NCBI GenBank assembly: GCA_963812185.1
Contig: CAWEUE010000003.1
Span: 1,610,512 to 1,674,511, forward strand
Length of the DNA stretch: 64,000 nt
Direction of reading: 5' to 3'
DNA from: an uncultured Acidobacteriota bacterium
GTDB taxonomy: Bacteria; Acidobacteriota; Vicinamibacteria; Vicinamibacterales; JAHECP01
In this document: positions 53,978 to 64,000 of the stretch, in pieces
Layout of the letters: each line of letters opens with the position of its first letter
Numbering within the stretch: position 1 is the first letter of the stretch
Made by a program: the position numbers and the translations under genes
The notes under the pieces: model-generated
Seen by the model: only the letters and a program-made list of their open reading frames with translations
The model's database searches: none
Told to the model about the DNA's origin: nothing

Positions 53978-54857
53978 TTCAGGAACCTGCCCATGCGGAA
54001 CGTGCGCAGGATGGCGTCCTCGATGGGCTGCTCGGCCGGCGCCGAGAGATACCCGAAGCGGTACTTCGCGCAGTAGCGCGCCAGGCCGGCCGCGTGCTCG
54101 GCGAAGGCCTGCCGGTAGGCCGCCAGGAGCGACGGCGTGAGCGAGACGTCGAACCGCTCGCCCGTCTCGGCGTCCACCAGCGCGTGGTCGCCGTGCAGCG
54201 CCGGCTCACGCTCGGCGGCCGTCGTCACGTGCACGGCGAACACGTCGTGGCGGAAGAACCGCAGGACGTCGAGGCCCGCGGCGTGGCCCGCCGGGTCGAG
54301 GAAGTCGGAGACGACGACGGCGACGCCGCGCGGGCGCGGGCGGGCGGAGAAGGTCGAGAACGCGCGCTTCGCGTCGGTCTCGCCGCCCGGCTCGAGGTCG
54401 CCGAGGAAGCCGAAGACCTTGAAGATCCGGCCCCGGCCGCGCTGCGACGGCAGCTCGCGGTCGAGGTCGCGAGAGAACGCGATCAGGCTGACGCGGTCGA
54501 GGTGCGCCAGGCCGATGTAGCAGAGCGCCGCGGCGATCTGCCGGGCGTAGGCGAGCTTCGACGGCTCGCCCGACGCCATCGACCGGCTGCAGTCCACGAA
54601 CAGGTAGATCGGCAGGTCCTGCTCCTCCTCGAAGAGCCGGAGCAGCAGCTTGTCGAGGCGCTGGTAGGCCGTCCAGTCCACGTGCCGGAAGTCGTCGCCC
54701 GGCGCGTAGGCCCGGTGGTCGGCGAACTCGAGGCCCGACCCCCGCGTGCGCGCGCGCCGCTCGGCGCGGAACTGCCCCGCGAACACCCGCTTCGACACGA
54801 CGTGCAGGTACTCCAGCTTGCGGAGGAAGTCGCGATCGAAGAGAGAAGGGTCGGGCA

Positions 54858-54858
<1 letters not shown>
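53974..54858 (-). CDS. DUF58 domain protein (MoxR-associated, VWA-like)
   Basis: GSGLEFADHRAYAPGDDFRHVDWTAYQRLDKLLLRLFEEEQDLPIYLFVDCSRSM is the typical DUF58 core. Confidence 0.85.
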
Positions 54859-55844
<986 letters not shown>

Positions 55845-55858
55845 GCTTGTCGCGTCGC

Positions 55859-57459
55859 TCACTTCCCGCCCGCGCCACGCGGGCCCAGCACCTGGAAGTA
55901 CGTCTTCACCAGCGGCCGCGACCGCCACGGCACCACGTCGCTCGTGAGGGGATCGGCCGGCGCGTAGGACGCCCGCGGCACGATCGGTTCGTAGGGCACC
56001 GTGACCCGCGAGGCGCGCGTCGCCTGGTCGATCTCCTCCCGGCCGGGCGCCTCGCCGGTGGCCTTCCCCGCCGCCAGCAGCTCCAGGCGCCGCCGGACCT
56101 GCGCGCCGAGCGCCTGCGCCGCGCCCGACGGCCCGGCGGGACCGCCGAGCGGACCGGGCGCGTTCGACCGGTCGCCCTGGGCCATCGCCGAGCCCGCCTG
56201 CTGCTGCCCGCTACGCCCCGCGACCGCCTGGCCCTGGCCGGCGCCCGGCATCTTCCGCGCGCCCTCGGGGCTGAGGTCGTCCGACTTCAGCGCCTGACGG
56301 CCGGCGGCCTCGGCCGCGCGCGCCGACTCCCCGGGGCTGCGGAACCGCTCGCCGAACGCCTTCTCGAGCTCCTCGAGCTGGCGGCCGGCCATGCGCCCGA
56401 GCTCCTGCCAATCCCGGGCGGCCGCCATCGACCTCAGGTCGCCGGCCGCGCGCGCGAGCTGCGCCCGCGCCGCGTCGGTCTCGCCCGACCGCATCGCGTC
56501 GGCCGCCTGCTGCAGGTGCTCGCCGAGCGCGCCGGGCGCCGCGGCGGCCTCGCGCCCCGCCCGCTCGATCGCCTGGCGGATTTCCCGGGCGGCGTCCTTG
56601 GACAGGGTCGACGCCAGAATCGCTCATCCGGTCGGCCGCGTCCTCGAGTGCGCCGGCGCCGAGCGCGCGTCCGGCCTCCCGGGTGAGGTCGGCGCCCTCG
56701 AGCGCCGCCGCCGCGCGCGCGAGCGCCTGACGCGCGGCCTCGCTCGTCGCGGGCTCGCCCACCAGCGCGCGCAGCTCGGCGACAATCGCCAGGGTCTCCT
56801 CGGCCGTCAGGCCTCCGCCGCGCAGCCGCGCGACGAGCGCCTCGATGCGCGCGCGCCGGGCGGCGTCGAGATCCGGCGCGATCCGGCCGAGCAGCTGCTG
56901 CAGCCGGTCGAGCCGCGCCTGCTCCTCTGGCGTCAGCGTCGCCACGGCGGGCGAAGCGACCCACTGGTGCGCGAGATCGAGCGGCAGGCGGCCGACGCCG
57001 ACGACGGCGGCGGCGAGCACGAGCGCGCCGGCGGTCTCGCGGCGCGGCACGCGCACCGGCACGAGCCGCCCGACGTCGAGCGCCGCCACGTGCGCGGCCG
57101 CGCGGCCGACGAGCACGTCGAGCCAGGGCGACGTCTCGCCGCGCCCCACGAACCAGTGCGCCGTCCTCAGCTCGTCGCCGAGCCGCGCCGCGCGATCCAG
57201 CGCGGCGGCCGCGCGCTCGGGCGCGCGCCGGCCGAGGCGCCACGCCCCGAGCCCGAGCGCGGCGCCGCCGAGGCCGGCCGCGGCCACCCAGGGCACGAGC
57301 GCCCGGGCCGCGGGCAGGAAGATGGACGAGAGCTCGACGAGAAGCGCGAACGCGAGGACCAGCCGGGCGGCGGCCGCGAGAATCGGCGACGAACCGCGCC
57401 GCGTTCAACCGGCGGTCGGCGCGGCTGACGGCCGAGAGGATGGCGTCCCGATCAGGCAC
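55859..57459 (-). pseudogene. Ala-rich helical membrane protein, first gene of the MoxR/Bat operon; two +1 frameshifts (about 57381 and about 56618)
   Basis: GTG at 57459 follows agggag. The three frame segments join if one T is removed from each GATTCT, giving VPDRDAILSAVSRADRRLNAARFVADLAAAARLVLAFALLVELSSIFLP...ALEDAADRMSDLASTLSKDAAREIRQAIE...VPWRSRPLVKTYFQVL. Length minus 2 nt is divisible by 3. Confidence 0.6.
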
Positions 57460-57737
57460 GAGATCTCCCTTGGATGGGGCTTCGCCCCAAGCCCCCGCTC
57501 CGCCGCTCCGTGGGGCCCCGAGAGCCCCACTTCGCGACTGCGCGGGCCGCGCTGTGCGCGGCCCAGCCCGTCATGTCGCATCACAGGTGAGATGCTCGCG
57601 TCTTGCCGCATGACGGGCTGCTCCCCGGAGACGGAATCCCGTCACGATACCTCATCCCGTGGCCGGGCCGGAAGGGGCGCGCGGGCGGCGGACCGGCCGT
57701 CGTGCGATAATCGACGGGTCCGCCTTCCGGTACAGCC

Positions 57738-58349
57738 ATGACCACTGCCGTCGCGCTCGCGCTGCTGCTGTCGCTCGCCCCGCCCGTCCACCCCGCGCCC
57801 GCCGCGCCGGCCGCCGACGAGGCGCTCTACCGCACGGGCGCCGCCTTCGCCGATTTCGTGGACGCCGCCCGATCGCGCCAGAAGACGTGGAGGGGCAACT
57901 ACGCGCGGGCGCACGCGCCCGCCGAGCTGCGGCGGCGCCTGGCCGCCGTGCGCGGCCAGTGGCACCTGCTCGTCGTCGCGGAAGCGTGGTGCCTCGATTC
58001 GGCCAACACGGTCCCCTACCTCGCCCGCCTCGCCGAGCAGGCGCCGAACGTCGACCTGCGCATCGTCGACTCGACGGTCGGACGCGCGGTGATGGACGCG
58101 CACCGCACCGCCGACGGCCGCCCGGCGACGCCCACGATCGTCGTGCTCGACGCGAGGTTCCGCGAGGCCGGCGCGTTCGTCGAGCGGCCGGCGCCGCTCG
58201 CCGCGTGGTTCGCCCGGACGGCGCCCGGGATCTCGAGCGCCGAGCTGCACGCGCGCCTGTCGTCCTGGTACGACTGGGATCGGGGCGACACGACGATGGC
58301 CGAGGTGGTGGGTCTGATCGAGTCGGCCGCCGGCCGCGCGTCGAGGTAG
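57738..58349 (+). CDS. thioredoxin-fold family protein (secreted)
   Basis: MTTAVALALLLSLAPPVHPAPA is a signal peptide. ...LLVVAEAWCLDSANTVPYL... has a WCxxS-type motif in place of CxxC. Confidence 0.65.
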   Translation: MTTAVALALLLSLAPPVHPAPAAPAADEALYRTGAAFADFVDAARSRQKTWRGNYARAHAPAELRRRLAAVRGQWHLLVVAEAWCLDSANTVPYLARLAEQAPNVDLRIVDSTVGRAVMDAHRTADGRPATPTIVVLDARFREAGAFVERPAPLAAWFARTAPGISSAELHARLSSWYDWDRGDTTMAEVVGLIESAAGRASR

Positions 58350-58356
58350 CGCGCCG

Positions 58357-59246
58357 TCAGCCGCCCCGCACGCTCCCGCGCGCGCTGAGCAGCCCCACCC
58401 CGCCGAGCACGAGCGCGGCGCCGGCCCACTGCACCACCGACAGGCGCTCGCCGAAGATCAGGAACGCCCACAAGACGGTGAACATCGGCTGGCCGAGGAG
58501 CAGGACCGAGGTCTCGAGGGCGGGCAGGCGCGGCAGCGCCGCCGTGATGAGCAGCCAGCCGGTCACCTGCGGCGCGAGCGCCAGCGCGAGCAGCCACCCG
58601 TGCGCCGGCCACGTCACGGCGAGCGAGAAGTGCGGGTCGAAGAGGGGCCCGATCACCAGCGCGCCCGCGGCGGTGCCGAGCGTCGCGTCGCTCAGGGGCC
58701 CGACCGGCGATCCCTTCGACCGGCCGGCGGCGCGGAAGACGATCAGGAACCACGCGTAGCTGACGCCCGCGAGCATCCCGAACACGACGCCCCGCGCCGG
58801 GTGCGCGCCGTACGCGTCGGGCCGGCCCAGGCCGGAGATGAGCGTGACGCCGATCAGGACGACGGGCACCAGCGCGAACGCCGTCCGGGTGGGGCGCTCA
58901 CGGTAGAGCATCCACGCCGCGAACCCCACGATGATGACCTGCACGTTGGCGACGATGGTCGCCAGGCCGGCGCCGATGTCGCCGATGGCGGTGTGCCAGA
59001 ACGTGAGGTCGGCCGCCAGGATCAGGCCCGCGCCGGCCGCCTGCAGGCGCGCCCGCGCGTCCCGCCCGTCCCGCTTCCGCCCCATCCACCAGAGCGCGAC
59101 GAGCACCGGCGCCGCGTAGGCCGCGCGAAAGAACGCGGCCGTGGCCGGCGACACGCCGGCCAGCCGCACGAAGATGGCGGAAAACGAGATGATCAGGATG
59201 CCGGCGACGGCCAGCGCGTGCGCGAGGCGACGGGGAGAGGGGGACA

Positions 59247-59247
<1 letters not shown>
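58357..59247 (-). CDS. DMT-superfamily (EamA-like) transporter
   Basis: 296 aa with ten hydrophobic helices and two EamA-type halves. ...ALVLGGVGLL near the C-terminus. Confidence 0.85.
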
Positions 59248-59302
<55 letters not shown>

Positions 59303-59351
59303 ACATTCTGTCACGCTATTTCGAACTCTGCTCCCCAGGGGAGATCGTGTC

Positions 59352-60044
59352 ATGCTCCGACGCCCGTTCGTTCCAGTCCTGCTCGCCTGCCTTGGCGCCG
59401 TGGCGGCCGTGATGCCCACGGCGGCGCGGCAGTCGGACGAAGCCGACCGCATCCGTGACGCGGCCACCGTCCTGAAGGAGATCATGGACGCGCCCGACAA
59501 GGCCGTCCCGCGGTCGGTCGGCGAGAAGGCCGAGGCCGTCGCGGTGTTCCCGTCCACGCTCAAGGCCGGCTTCATCTTCGGCGGCCAGCGCGGGCGCGGC
59601 GTCGTCAGCGTGCGCGACCGCGCCCACGGCACCTGGTCGCCGCCGGCCTTCCTCACGCTCACCGGCGGCAGCTTCGGCGCGCAGATCGGCGGCGAGTCGG
59701 TGGACCTGGTCCTCGTCATCATGAACCGCCGGGGGCTCGAGCAGCTGATCCGCAACCAGTTCAAGATCGGCGTGGACGCCGCGGCCACCGCCGGTCCGGT
59801 CGGCCGCAACGCGAGCGCGAGCACCGACATCCAGATGCGCGCGGAGATCCTGAGCTACTCCCGGTCCCGCGGCCTCTTCGCGGGCATCACCATCAAGGGC
59901 TCGTCGATCAAGCAGGACCGCGACGCGAACGAGCGGTTCTACGGCTCGCCGTTCCACACGCGCGACATCGTGCTCGACGGGCGCGCCGCGCCGAAGCCGC
60001 CAGTGGGCGTCTGGCTCGACGCGCTCGCGCGCCTGGTCGGCTGA
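59352..60044 (+). CDS. SYLF (DUF500/Ysc84-like) lipid-binding domain protein, secreted
   Basis: MLRRPFVPVLLACLGAVAAVMPTAA is a signal peptide. ...AVAVFPSTLKAGFIFGGQRGRGVV...GGSFGAQIGGESVDLVLVIMN...GVDAAATAGPVGR...SRGLFAGITIKGSSI. Confidence 0.8.
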   Translation: MLRRPFVPVLLACLGAVAAVMPTAARQSDEADRIRDAATVLKEIMDAPDKAVPRSVGEKAEAVAVFPSTLKAGFIFGGQRGRGVVSVRDRAHGTWSPPAFLTLTGGSFGAQIGGESVDLVLVIMNRRGLEQLIRNQFKIGVDAAATAGPVGRNASASTDIQMRAEILSYSRSRGLFAGITIKGSSIKQDRDANERFYGSPFHTRDIVLDGRAAPKPPVGVWLDALARLVG

Positions 60045-60065
60045 CGCCGCCCGCGCGCCCCACCC

Positions 60066-61235
60066 ATGACGAGCGCCCCTCCCGACGTCCGCTCGCCGCA
60101 GCCGCCCGCGTCCGCCACGCGCGCCCGCGTGGTGTTCGTGGACGTGGCCCGCGCCGTCGCGGTGCTCTTCATGATCATGGGGCACTCGCTGAACGTGTTC
60201 CTCGCCCCCGGCTACCAGCAGGGCCCGGGGTTCGCCGCGTTCATGTTCGTGCGCGGCCTCACCTCGTGCACGTTCCTCACGCTCTCCGGCTTCGCGTTCA
60301 TGATCGCGTCGGCCAAGTACTGGGACGCGCACCTGCACCTCTCGTTCCGTCTCGTCCGCCGCGTCCGCCGCTTCGTGTTCTTCGTGCTGCTCGGCTACGC
60401 CATGCGGTTCCCGGTGGAACGCTGGGCCCATTTCGCGTTCCTCACGCCGGACCGGTGGCGGTACTTCCTGACGGTCGACATCCTCCAGTGCATCGGGATG
60501 ACGCTCGTCCTGCTCGAGTTGCTCGTGCTGGTGACGCGCACGCCGCGGCGCTTCGCGCTGACGGCCGCCGTGCTCGGCGCCGGCGTCACCCTGGCCACGC
60601 CGGCGGTCTGGCGGGCGGAGTGGACCGGCGTGCTGCCGGTCGGCGTCGCCGCCTACCTGTCGCCCGCCACCGGGTCGCTCTTCCCGGTGTTCCCGTGGGC
60701 GGCGTTCATGCTGCTGGGCGTGGCCCTGGGCCACGTCTACGCCACCGCGTGGCCCGCCGACCCGCCCGCGTTCACGCGGCGGGTCCTGCTGCCGGGCGGC
60801 GCGGCCCTGCTCGCCGCGGGACTGCTGCTGCACCAGCTCCCGTGGAGCCCGCTGGGCGCCGGCGAGTTCTCGAAGGTGAGCCCGAACTTCCTCCTCATCC
60901 GCGCCGGCTTCGTGCTGCTGGTGCTCGCGCTCATCGCCCACCTGACGCGGGCGATGACCCACCTGCCGCGCGTCGCCGCGGCGCTCGCGCAGGAGTCGCT
61001 CCTCATCTACTTCATTCACATCGTCGTGCTCTACGGCTCGCGCTGGAACGTCGGCCTCACCCGCCTGCTGCCGGTGCCGTTCGGGCCCGTGCCGGCCGTC
61101 GCGGGCGTCGCGGCGATGCTGGTCGCGATGAGCCTGATGGCGTGGGGATGGAACTGGACCAAGCGGCGCCACCGGTGGGTGGCCTTCGCCTGCAAGGCCG
61201 GCGTGGCCGCCGGGGTCTACCTGTCCGTCCGGTGA
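60066..61235 (+). CDS. DUF1624 / heparan-alpha-glucosaminide N-acetyltransferase-like polytopic membrane protein
   Basis: RVVFVDVARAVAVLFMIMGHS... is the typical N-terminal motif. About 10 TM segments. Confidence 0.65.
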   Translation: MTSAPPDVRSPQPPASATRARVVFVDVARAVAVLFMIMGHSLNVFLAPGYQQGPGFAAFMFVRGLTSCTFLTLSGFAFMIASAKYWDAHLHLSFRLVRRVRRFVFFVLLGYAMRFPVERWAHFAFLTPDRWRYFLTVDILQCIGMTLVLLELLVLVTRTPRRFALTAAVLGAGVTLATPAVWRAEWTGVLPVGVAAYLSPATGSLFPVFPWAAFMLLGVALGHVYATAWPADPPAFTRRVLLPGGAALLAAGLLLHQLPWSPLGAGEFSKVSPNFLLIRAGFVLLVLALIAHLTRAMTHLPRVAAALAQESLLIYFIHIVVLYGSRWNVGLTRLLPVPFGPVPAVAGVAAMLVAMSLMAWGWNWTKRRHRWVAFACKAGVAAGVYLSVR

Positions 61236-61257
61236 AGCGCGCGCCGGCCGGCCGCCG

Positions 61258-62304
61258 TCACGGACGCGGCCGGGGGTTGCGGTCGAGCATGACCGCGATC
61301 CAGCGCAGGTCCTCCGTGTTCTCGAGCGCGATCTTCACCAGCATCGTCAGCGGAACCGAGAGCAGCATGCCCACCGGGCCCCACACCCAGCCCCAGAAGA
61401 CGAGGGAGATGAAGACGACGAGCGTCGAGAGACCCAGACGCCGGCCGTAGAGGTAGGGCTCCACGAAGTTGCCCAGCACGATGTTGATGGCCACGTAGCC
61501 GATCGCCACCAGCGCGCCGCGCCAGACGCCGAACTGCACGAGCGCGAGCAGGGTCGGCGGCACGGCCGCCACGATCGACCCCAGCGTGGGCACGTAGTTG
61601 AAGAGGAAGGCCAGCAGCCCCCAGAGCAGCGGCACGCCCAGGCCGAGCGCCGCGACCCAGATCCCGGCCAGCAGCCCCGTGGCCATGCTCACGACCGTCT
61701 TGATCGCCAGGTACCGCTGGATCTGCCGCGCCACGGTCTCCAGCCGGTCGGCGTACTCGGGGCGCCCGCCGAACGCGACCATCAGCTTGTGCGGAAAGCC
61801 AGCCGCCTCGAACAGGATGAAGATGAGCGCGAGCAGCACGAGGAACGTGTTCGAGAGCACCGAGCCGATGGCGCTCAGCGTCGTGCCCACCATGTCGAAC
61901 ATGGCGCCGGGGTTCAGGTACTGCATCGGCTGCCACTGGCCCGTGTCGACGCCGTGCGCCTGCAGGAACGCCATCACGCGGCCCGCCATTGCCTGGATCC
62001 GCGCCTGGTACTGCGGCGCGGCCGCCGTGAACTCGTTCACCGACCGCCCCACGATGAGGGCGAGCAGCGCCAGGACCGCCACGTCGACCAGCAGGGTGAT
62101 CAGGACGGCCAGGGCCGACGGCACCTTGCGCGCCTGCAGCCACGACACGAAGGGAATGCTGGCGATCGCGAGGAACACCGAGATCAGGAACGGCAGCACC
62201 AGCGGCCCCGCCGCCTTGAGGCCGGCGACGACCACCACGGCGCTGGCGGCCAGCACCAGCATCCGGGCCCCTCGGTCCTGACGGACGGGATCTTCGGCAG
62301 ACAT
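61258..62304 (-). CDS. AI-2E family transporter (PerM/UPF0118)
   Basis: 348 aa and polytopic. ...NYVPTLGSIVAAVPPTLLAL...GNFVEPYLYGRRLGLSTLVVFISLVFWGWVWGPVGMLLSVPLT. Confidence 0.85.
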   Translation of the reverse strand: MSAEDPVRQDRGARMLVLAASAVVVVAGLKAAGPLVLPFLISVFLAIASIPFVSWLQARKVPSALAVLITLLVDVAVLALLALIVGRSVNEFTAAAPQYQARIQAMAGRVMAFLQAHGVDTGQWQPMQYLNPGAMFDMVGTTLSAIGSVLSNTFLVLLALIFILFEAAGFPHKLMVAFGGRPEYADRLETVARQIQRYLAIKTVVSMATGLLAGIWVAALGLGVPLLWGLLAFLFNYVPTLGSIVAAVPPTLLALVQFGVWRGALVAIGYVAINIVLGNFVEPYLYGRRLGLSTLVVFISLVFWGWVWGPVGMLLSVPLTMLVKIALENTEDLRWIAVMLDRNPRPRP

Positions 62305-62347
62305 GGTCGAGAGCGATTATAGCGAACGGCGGCTCGGGACGGGCTTG

Positions 62348-62410
62348 TCCGCCGGAGCCTTGGCGAAGGCGGGGGCCGGCCGTGTCCGCCGTGGCCTTTG
62401 CAAAGGCGGA
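62348..62410. repeat. two tandem REP-like hairpins of the TCCGCC...GCCTTnnnnAAGGC...GGCGGA type
   Basis: tccgccggagccttggcgaaggcggg lies at 62348-62373 and tccgccgtggcctttgcaaaggcgga at 62385-62410. A third copy of the family lies at 49328-49353. Confidence 0.65.
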
Positions 62411-62500
62411 GGGCTGGACGGAAAATAGGGGCTGGAACCCGAAAAAGGCGAATTGCGATGGATCGCGGGACGCACCGTCTGCGTCCCAGGAGAAGAGGAC

Positions 62501-63181
62501 ATGTCGAACCGACTCTCGTCTCTCGAACGGGTCGGGCTGCTCGCGCCGCTCACACCTGAGCAGCGGCGCCGGCTGGAGGCCGAGGTCCGGACGCTCCAGG
62601 TCCGCCGCGGCGGGCGGGTCTACGGCCCGGGCGAGGCCAGCGACGAGCTCTTCGTGGTCAGGACGGGCGTCGTGAAGCTCGCCACCACCACCGCCGACGC
62701 CCGCGAAATCATCCTGGGGTTCGTCAACCCGGACGAGACCTTCGGTGAGCTGGCCGCGGCCGGCGACGGGCCGCGGGATCACCGCGCCGAGGCGCACGAG
62801 GAGGCGGTGGTCTGCGGCATCCCCGGCGAGGCCCTGGTGGACCTGATCCGCGAGACGCCCGAGGTGGGCTTCGAGCTGAACCGGATTCTCGGGACCCGCC
62901 TGCGCGCGCTGCGCACCCGCGTCGGGGAGCTGCTGTGCCGGAGCGCCATGGTGCGCGTGGCGCGAGCGCTCATCGATCTGGCGGAGGCGCACGGGATCGC
63001 CGATGCGGATGGGGTGCTGGTGCCGCTCCGCCTGAGCCAGCGCGACCTCGCCAACCTCGCCGGGCTCAGCCGCGAGACGGTAAACGCGGTGCTGCAGAAT
63101 CTCAGGGCCCGCTCGCTCGTCGAGGCGGACCGCCGCAGCATCCGCATCTTCCAGCCCGGCCGCCTGCGGGCGCTGCGCTAG
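62501..63181 (+). CDS. Crp/Fnr-family transcriptional regulator
   Basis: ATG at 62501 follows ggagaagagga. The cNMP-binding-like barrel shows GEASDELFVVRTGVVKL...ETFGE. The C-terminal HTH is LSQRDLANLAGLSRETVNAVLQNL. Confidence 0.85.
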   Translation: MSNRLSSLERVGLLAPLTPEQRRRLEAEVRTLQVRRGGRVYGPGEASDELFVVRTGVVKLATTTADAREIILGFVNPDETFGELAAAGDGPRDHRAEAHEEAVVCGIPGEALVDLIRETPEVGFELNRILGTRLRALRTRVGELLCRSAMVRVARALIDLAEAHGIADADGVLVPLRLSQRDLANLAGLSRETVNAVLQNLRARSLVEADRRSIRIFQPGRLRALR

Positions 63182-64000
63182 GCGGGCGACGCCCCCAGCA
63201 GCACCGCGGCCTCGCGGCCGGTCCGCGCGCGGTACGCCTCCACGATCCGCTTCGAAGCCGCCCCCTCGCGCCCCCGCCGCGCCAGCGCGACAATCGCGCC
63301 CCCGAACCCCCCGCCGGTCAGCCGCGCGCCGTAGACATCGGGGTCGGCGGACGCCGCGGCCACCAGCGCGTCGACCTCCGGCGTCGAGACCTCGAAATCA
63401 TCGCGCATCGAGGCGTGCGAGGCGCCGAACAGCGCCCCGGCGCGCGCGAGGTCGCCGGCGCGCAGCGCCGCCACGGCCTCCCCCACCCGCGCGCTCTCGG
63501 TCACCACGTGACGCGCCCGCCGGTCGAGGGGCGGCGGCAGCGCGGCGATCCGCGGCGCGGCGCCGGCCTCCAGCTCGCAGAGCAACCCAACGCCGAGCGC
63601 GGCCGCGGCCCGTTCGCATTCCTCGCGCCGCGTGCGGTACTCGCCGCTGGCGTGGCCGTGGCGCTGCCCCGAGTCGATGACCACCAGCGCCACCCCGTCC
63701 GGCAGCGGGACGGCCTCGGTGGCCAGCGTGCGCGTGTCGATGCGCAGGGCCTCGCCGGGCCGGCCGCAGCTCGCCACGAGCTGGTCCATGATGCCGACCG
63801 GCGCGCCAACGAACTCGCGCTCGACGCGCTGGCCCGCGAGCGCCAGCGCCACGTCGTCGAGCGCCAGGCCCACGGCCGCGCGCCAGGCCCGGAGGACCGC
63901 CACCTCGAGCGCGGCGCTCGACGCCAGGCCGGCGCCGGCGGGTACCCCGGACGTCACGCGGAGATCGGCGCCCCGCCGGATCGCGTGGCCGAGGCCCGCG
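63178..64000 (-). CDS. galK: galactokinase (GHMP kinase), C-terminal part; gene runs off the right edge
   Basis: VTSGVPAGAGLASSAALEVAV is the GHMP motif. GIMDQ, YRTRREECE, RARHVVTE, SH.SMRDDFEVS and ARLTGGGFGGAIVAL follow. The frame is open to the window end. Confidence 0.8.
   Translation of the reverse strand, partial: AGLGHAIRRGADLRVTSGVPAGAGLASSAALEVAVLRAWRAAVGLALDDVALALAGQRVEREFVGAPVGIMDQLVASCGRPGEALRIDTRTLATEAVPLPDGVALVVIDSGQRHGHASGEYRTRREECERAAAALGVGLLCELEAGAAPRIAALPPPLDRRARHVVTESARVGEAVAALRAGDLARAGALFGASHASMRDDFEVSTPEVDALVAAASADPDVYGARLTGGGFGGAIVALARRGREGAASKRIVEAYRARTGREAAVLLGASPA

Overview
The window is a very GC-rich bacterial chromosomal segment (about 70% GC by eye, not computed). 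It is densely coded on both strands. Two ADOP-type duplicated FtsX permeases, one next to a PadR regulator, suggest an Acidobacteriota-like origin; this is inference only.

Recognisable content from left to right:
- ROK kinase (partial), a secreted hypothetical, a metallophosphoesterase and tRNA-Pro(UGG).
- DUF1028 Ntn-hydrolase, OmpA-family protein and a hybrid sensor kinase.
- MprF, a Ddl-family ATP-grasp protein and a tricorn-like S41 protease.
- A short lower-GC islet carrying an ester cyclase and a methyltransferase remnant.
- A Cu-type P1B ATPase, an ADOP permease, and an Omp85-family protein with a secreted partner.
- A complete group-3b-like [NiFe] hydrogenase operon with an embedded cNMP-binding protein.
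- DEAD-box helicase, MarC, an esterase-like protein, TrmO, a cupin and a PaaI thioesterase.
- A sigma-54-type regulated membrane redox operon.
- PadR plus a second ADOP permease.
- A MoxR/DUF58/BatA/VWA (Bat-like) operon ending in an MBL-fold hydrolase.
- Thioredoxin-like protein, DMT transporter, SYLF protein, DUF1624-like protein, AI-2E transporter, Crp/Fnr regulator and galactokinase (partial).

The most interesting candidate spans 36577-44900 on the minus strand. A histidine kinase with a CxxCH motif in its periplasmic loop, an archaemetzincin-like protease and a sigma-54 activator are translationally coupled. Downstream lies a -24/-12-like promoter with two 17-bp palindromes exactly 100 bp apart. 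The operon it would drive encodes:
- an 8-Cys 77-aa protein and a possible 24-aa hydrophobic micropeptide;
- a Tat-exported HybA-like 4x[4Fe-4S] protein and an NrfD-like membrane subunit;
- a c7-like triheme cytochrome;
- two membrane-tethered GcvH-fold proteins that lack the lipoyl-lysine.
No catalytic subunit is present.

Other notable observations:
- Seven single-base (+1) frameshifts interrupt six otherwise intact genes. Four sit in the hexamer GATTCT and two in AGTACCT, which points to systematic consensus error rather than decay.
- Several repeat families occur: a composite repeat of about 420 bp in two copies, GTGCAC palindrome clusters, several REP-like hairpin types, a 29-bp perfect inverted repeat built from GAACCCGA octamers, and a heptamer microsatellite abutting a start codon.

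No CRISPR array, rRNA, transposase or integrase was seen. All family assignments come from motif recognition by eye; no database search was run.
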